Of a DNA stretch of 64,000 nucleotides, positions 60,862-64,000 are shown one piece after another. A program made the position numbers and the translations under genes. The stretch's first letter is position 1. The number at the start of each line of letters is the position of its first letter. Under the pieces are notes generated by a model. It made no database searches, had not been told where the DNA came from, and worked only from the letters and a program-made list of their open reading frames with translations. This stretch comes from an uncultured Verrucomicrobiae bacterium (GTDB lineage: Bacteria > Verrucomicrobiota > Verrucomicrobiia > Limisphaerales > Palsa-1400), in contig OY969763.1 of assembly GCA_963702845.1 (NCBI GenBank), forward strand, positions 2,944,001 through 3,008,000, given 5' to 3'.

Positions 60862-62357
60862 ACGCCGCCTTTCCACATGCGCTCAAAGAGCGGCGAGTTG
60901 AACGTTGGGGTAATAAGATCGAGTAACACACGGGGATAAAGGCCAACGAAAATCGTGCAGGTCAAAAGAAGCACCGCACCAGCGCGCTCCGGCCAGGAAA
61001 TCGAAATCAGCGCCTCGTGTCGTTCTGCAAGTTTCGTTGCAGATTTCTGACTAGCGCGAGCATCACTGAAGAATCCACGAACCAACGCCCGCAAAGTGTA
61101 AGCCACGCCAATAACAATCCCGAGCGCGGCGATAATTGCCAGCACCGGGAATGTTTTCCATGCGCCGACCAACACTTGTAGTTCAGCGATGAATCCACTG
61201 AACCCAGGTAACCCCATCGAAGCAGCGGTTGCGATTACGAATGTGAACGCGGCGAACGGGAGCGCTTTGCTCAATGAAAAACCTTCCAGCTTACCTAAGT
61301 CGCGCGTGTGCGTGCGTTCGTAAATCATTCGACCGACGACCGCGAATAACAGCCCGGCGATGATCCCATGCGAGAACATTTGCAGCACCGCGCCGCTTAA
61401 ACCAATTTGCGAAAGAGTCATCAGCCCGAGCAAAACAAATCCCATGTGACTGACGCTCGAATAGCCAATGACGAATTTGAAGTCGTTCTGCACCAAAGCG
61501 ACCATCGCGCCATAAACAATTCCAATCACCGCGAGTCCAGCCAGCCAGTGACGCCAATAGTCCAATCCTAGCGGGAACAGCGTCATCGCCACACGCAACG
61601 CGCCGTATGCACCCAGCTTCATAACCACGCCCGCGAGCAACATCGAAGCAGCGGTAGGTGCGGCGACGTGACCGGTCGGCGCCCACGTGTGCAATGGCCA
61701 AATACCGGCGAGAATTGCGAAGCCGAGGAACACCACAAGGAATACCCAAATTTGGAACTGTGCCGGGAACGGGAACTTCGCAAGCTCGACCAGGTTCCAC
61801 GTCGTTCCACCGCTGACGACAAACGCCGCGATCAAACCGACAATCACCATCGTGCTACCGATGAAGGAATAAAGCGCCAACTTCATCGCACCGTATTCCC
61901 GGCGCGTTGAGCCCCAGATTGCGATCAAAAAATATTTTGGGATGATTGCGATTTCGTAGAAGACCAGCAGCAGAAATAGGTCGAAGCTAAGGAACACACC
62001 ATAAACTCCACCGATGAGAACAAAATATAGTGCAAAGAATTCGTTCGAGCGCTGATTGATATTCCATGAGAAGAGAACGCCGGCGACAGACGCAATCGCG
62101 GTTAGCAAAATGAGGGTCAGACTAACGCCATCCGCCGCGAGATGATAATGAATATTCAGTTGTGGGACCCAAACGACGTCGCGTACCACATTAAGCGCGC
62201 CCGGATTAGCAGCGCGCGTTGCGCCAAGAAAAGCGATAACCGCCAAAACCATACCAGCTATAGCGGCTGTCAAAGCAACAGCGCGCACATATCGCGCAGG
62301 AGTGATCATCAGCAGCGCGGCTGCAACAAACGAGAGGTATATAGTCCAATCGAGCAT
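60858..62357 (-). CDS. nuoM: Complex I antiporter-like subunit M (atypical)
   Basis: DGVS, FYE..IP.YFLIAIWG, PLHTW, LAGVVMKLGAYG, YSSVSHMG, SHG, GLPGFSGFIAE. Confidence 0.92.
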   Translation of the reverse strand: MLDWTIYLSFVAAALLMITPARYVRAVALTAAIAGMVLAVIAFLGATRAANPGALNVVRDVVWVPQLNIHYHLAADGVSLTLILLTAIASVAGVLFSWNINQRSNEFFALYFVLIGGVYGVFLSFDLFLLLVFYEIAIIPKYFLIAIWGSTRREYGAMKLALYSFIGSTMVIVGLIAAFVVSGGTTWNLVELAKFPFPAQFQIWVFLVVFLGFAILAGIWPLHTWAPTGHVAAPTAASMLLAGVVMKLGAYGALRVAMTLFPLGLDYWRHWLAGLAVIGIVYGAMVALVQNDFKFVIGYSSVSHMGFVLLGLMTLSQIGLSGAVLQMFSHGIIAGLLFAVVGRMIYERTHTRDLGKLEGFSLSKALPFAAFTFVIATAASMGLPGFSGFIAELQVLVGAWKTFPVLAIIAALGIVIGVAYTLRALVRGFFSDARASQKSATKLAERHEALISISWPERAGAVLLLTCTIFVGLYPRVLLDLITPTFNSPLFERMWKGGV

Positions 62358-62464
62358 AAGGCTCGCTATTGAACGTACTGGCGGGGGGATTTAGCGACTC
62401 GACCTTAATTGCCATTTGCTTCGCATATTTTGCACAGTCCGCAAAACTGTTGCGGCTGCAGCAA

Positions 62465-63562
62465 TTATGCCGAAGCAAGTTCGCGTTCCGTTTTCAACCG
62501 CAACTGCCCGCAGGCCGCGTCGATGTCGTGTCCTTTTTCGCGACGGAGTGTTGCGATGACGCGTTTGTTTTCCAATGCGCTGAGAAACGCTTCCTGCGAC
62601 GGTTCGTCAGGCCGCTCCCAGGGAAGATCTTCGACCTTGTTGTAGGGAATCAAATTTACTTTGGCGTGAAGCTTATGAGCGAGTTGCGCGAGCGGTTTGA
62701 TCTGGTCCAAACCGTCATTGACGCCAGCGATCAAAATATATTCCAACGTGATCATCCGGCCTTTTTTATCCTGATAATACTCGCACGCAGCGGTGAGCTC
62801 CTTCAGCGGGTATTTCTTGTTAACCGGCATGATCTTATTTCGCACCTCGTCAGTAGCGCCATGTAACGAGATGGCGAGACGAAATTGCAAAGGATCATCC
62901 GCGAGCTTGCGGATCTGCGGCGCGAGACCGCTTGTCGAAATCGTGATCTTTCGCGCGCCAATTTTTCCGCCCCATGACGCGTTTAAGAGGCCTAACGCAT
63001 TGAGCAAATTATCGTAATTGGCCAGCGGTTCACCCATTCCCATGATAACAAGATTATTGACCATGCGCCCGTCGGCCGCGGCAGATTTCTCGCCGGAAGC
63101 GGCAGCCCAGCGTTCAATCGCGAGCACCTGGTCGACAATCTCCTCAACGTGCAGGTTGCGTTTCCAGCCTTCCAAACCGCTCGCACAAAACTTGCAACCG
63201 TAAGCGCAGCCTACTTGCGTCGAGACACAGAGCGTGTGGCGATCACTGGCCTCGCCGTATAGCGCTGGATTGGCCGGAATAAGCACACTTTCAATCAGCG
63301 CCTGGTCATTCAAGCGCCAGAGAAATTTCTGGGTGGTGTCGCGCGAGCCCTGCTTGCGCACGAGTTCGAGTGAATAGAATGCGTAAGTCTCTGCGAGCTG
63401 TTGCCGAAGCGCTTTGGGCAAGTTGGTCATTGCGTCCCAGGTCGCGACCCGGCGCACATATATCCAATCGAGCAACTGCGAGACGCGATAAGCCGGTTGC
63501 TCCCAGACTTTGAACTGGGCCTGCAACTCTTCTGATGTCATCGAGCGAATGTCGCGCTTCAC
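62465..63562 (-). CDS. rlmN: Dual-specificity RNA methyltransferase RlmN
   Basis: CVSTQVGCAYGCKFC, MGMGEP, AISLH, NLIPYN, DIDAACGQL. Confidence 0.96.
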   Translation of the reverse strand: MKRDIRSMTSEELQAQFKVWEQPAYRVSQLLDWIYVRRVATWDAMTNLPKALRQQLAETYAFYSLELVRKQGSRDTTQKFLWRLNDQALIESVLIPANPALYGEASDRHTLCVSTQVGCAYGCKFCASGLEGWKRNLHVEEIVDQVLAIERWAAASGEKSAAADGRMVNNLVIMGMGEPLANYDNLLNALGLLNASWGGKIGARKITISTSGLAPQIRKLADDPLQFRLAISLHGATDEVRNKIMPVNKKYPLKELTAACEYYQDKKGRMITLEYILIAGVNDGLDQIKPLAQLAHKLHAKVNLIPYNKVEDLPWERPDEPSQEAFLSALENKRVIATLRREKGHDIDAACGQLRLKTERELASA

Positions 63563-63663
63563 GAATTCAATTTAAGGCGCGAACGACCGAAAGGGAACTA
63601 CGAACGACGCCCAAATAGCCTTTACTTCACCTGCCAAATTCAAAGAATACTCTGCTACGCTAA

Positions 63664-64000
63664 ATGAGTGTGACCCCAACCAACGCCGCCGCAATTCCAG
63701 CATGGACCGGCGAAGAGCGCGTCATCCGCGCCCGGCATGGCATGGCCGCAATCGACTTGCGCGAACTGTGGCACTACCGCGAGCTGTTGGGAATGCTCGC
63801 GTGGCGGAATATCGCAATTCGATATAAGCAAACGTATTTGGGCATTGCATGGGCGGTCTTGCAGCCCGTGCTCACCGTGGCTGTCCTGACGTTTGTCTTC
63901 CAGCGAATGGCCAAAATTGAAATCGATACGCGAGGCGTCCCCTACCCTTTAGTTGTGCTGGCGGGACTTCTGCCGTGGCAATTCTTCGCCAACGCGCTCG
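63664..64000 (+). CDS. ABC-2 polysaccharide export permease (Wzm/RfbD-like), 3'-partial
   Basis: IDLRELWHYRELLGMLAWRNIAIRYKQTYLGIAWAVLQP. Confidence 0.88.
   Translation, partial: MSVTPTNAAAIPAWTGEERVIRARHGMAAIDLRELWHYRELLGMLAWRNIAIRYKQTYLGIAWAVLQPVLTVAVLTFVFQRMAKIEIDTRGVPYPLVVLAGLLPWQFFANAL

Overview
This 64-kb window looks like chromosome from a Verrucomicrobiota bacterium, probably Limisphaerales/Pedosphaera-like. That assignment is inferred from three prepilin/H-X9-DG genes, DUF1501/DUF1800, a planctomycete-type cytochrome c and 'FYR'-ending secreted proteins. Housekeeping genes (tmk, ruvA, hit, nrdR, lpxD, rlmN, partial wzm) surround three more notable blocks. (1) At 3.9-13.9 kb, a tandem array of three paralogous ~1000-1100 aa secreted proteins, each with its own sigma70-like promoter and terminator. 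Units 2 and 3 are delimited by a 17-bp dyad ATCAGGAAACCCCTGAT. All three share a C-terminal 'FYR' domain that also occurs on an unrelated neighbour. (2) At 31.6-45.2 kb, an accessory patchwork containing a ~9-kb cargo segment bounded by 24/25-bp direct repeats that split a REP-like hairpin, a ~100-bp direct repeat and helically phased decamer arrays, with no integrase in view. (3) At 55.8-62.4 kb, an orphan, translationally coupled nuoM-nuoN-nifJ (PFOR) operon whose NuoM has lost the canonical TM7 lysine and gained one in TM5. Many genes in the first 45 kb are frameshifted, probably partly from long-read indel errors. No rRNA, tRNA or CRISPR array was found. All family assignments are by motif recognition, not database search.
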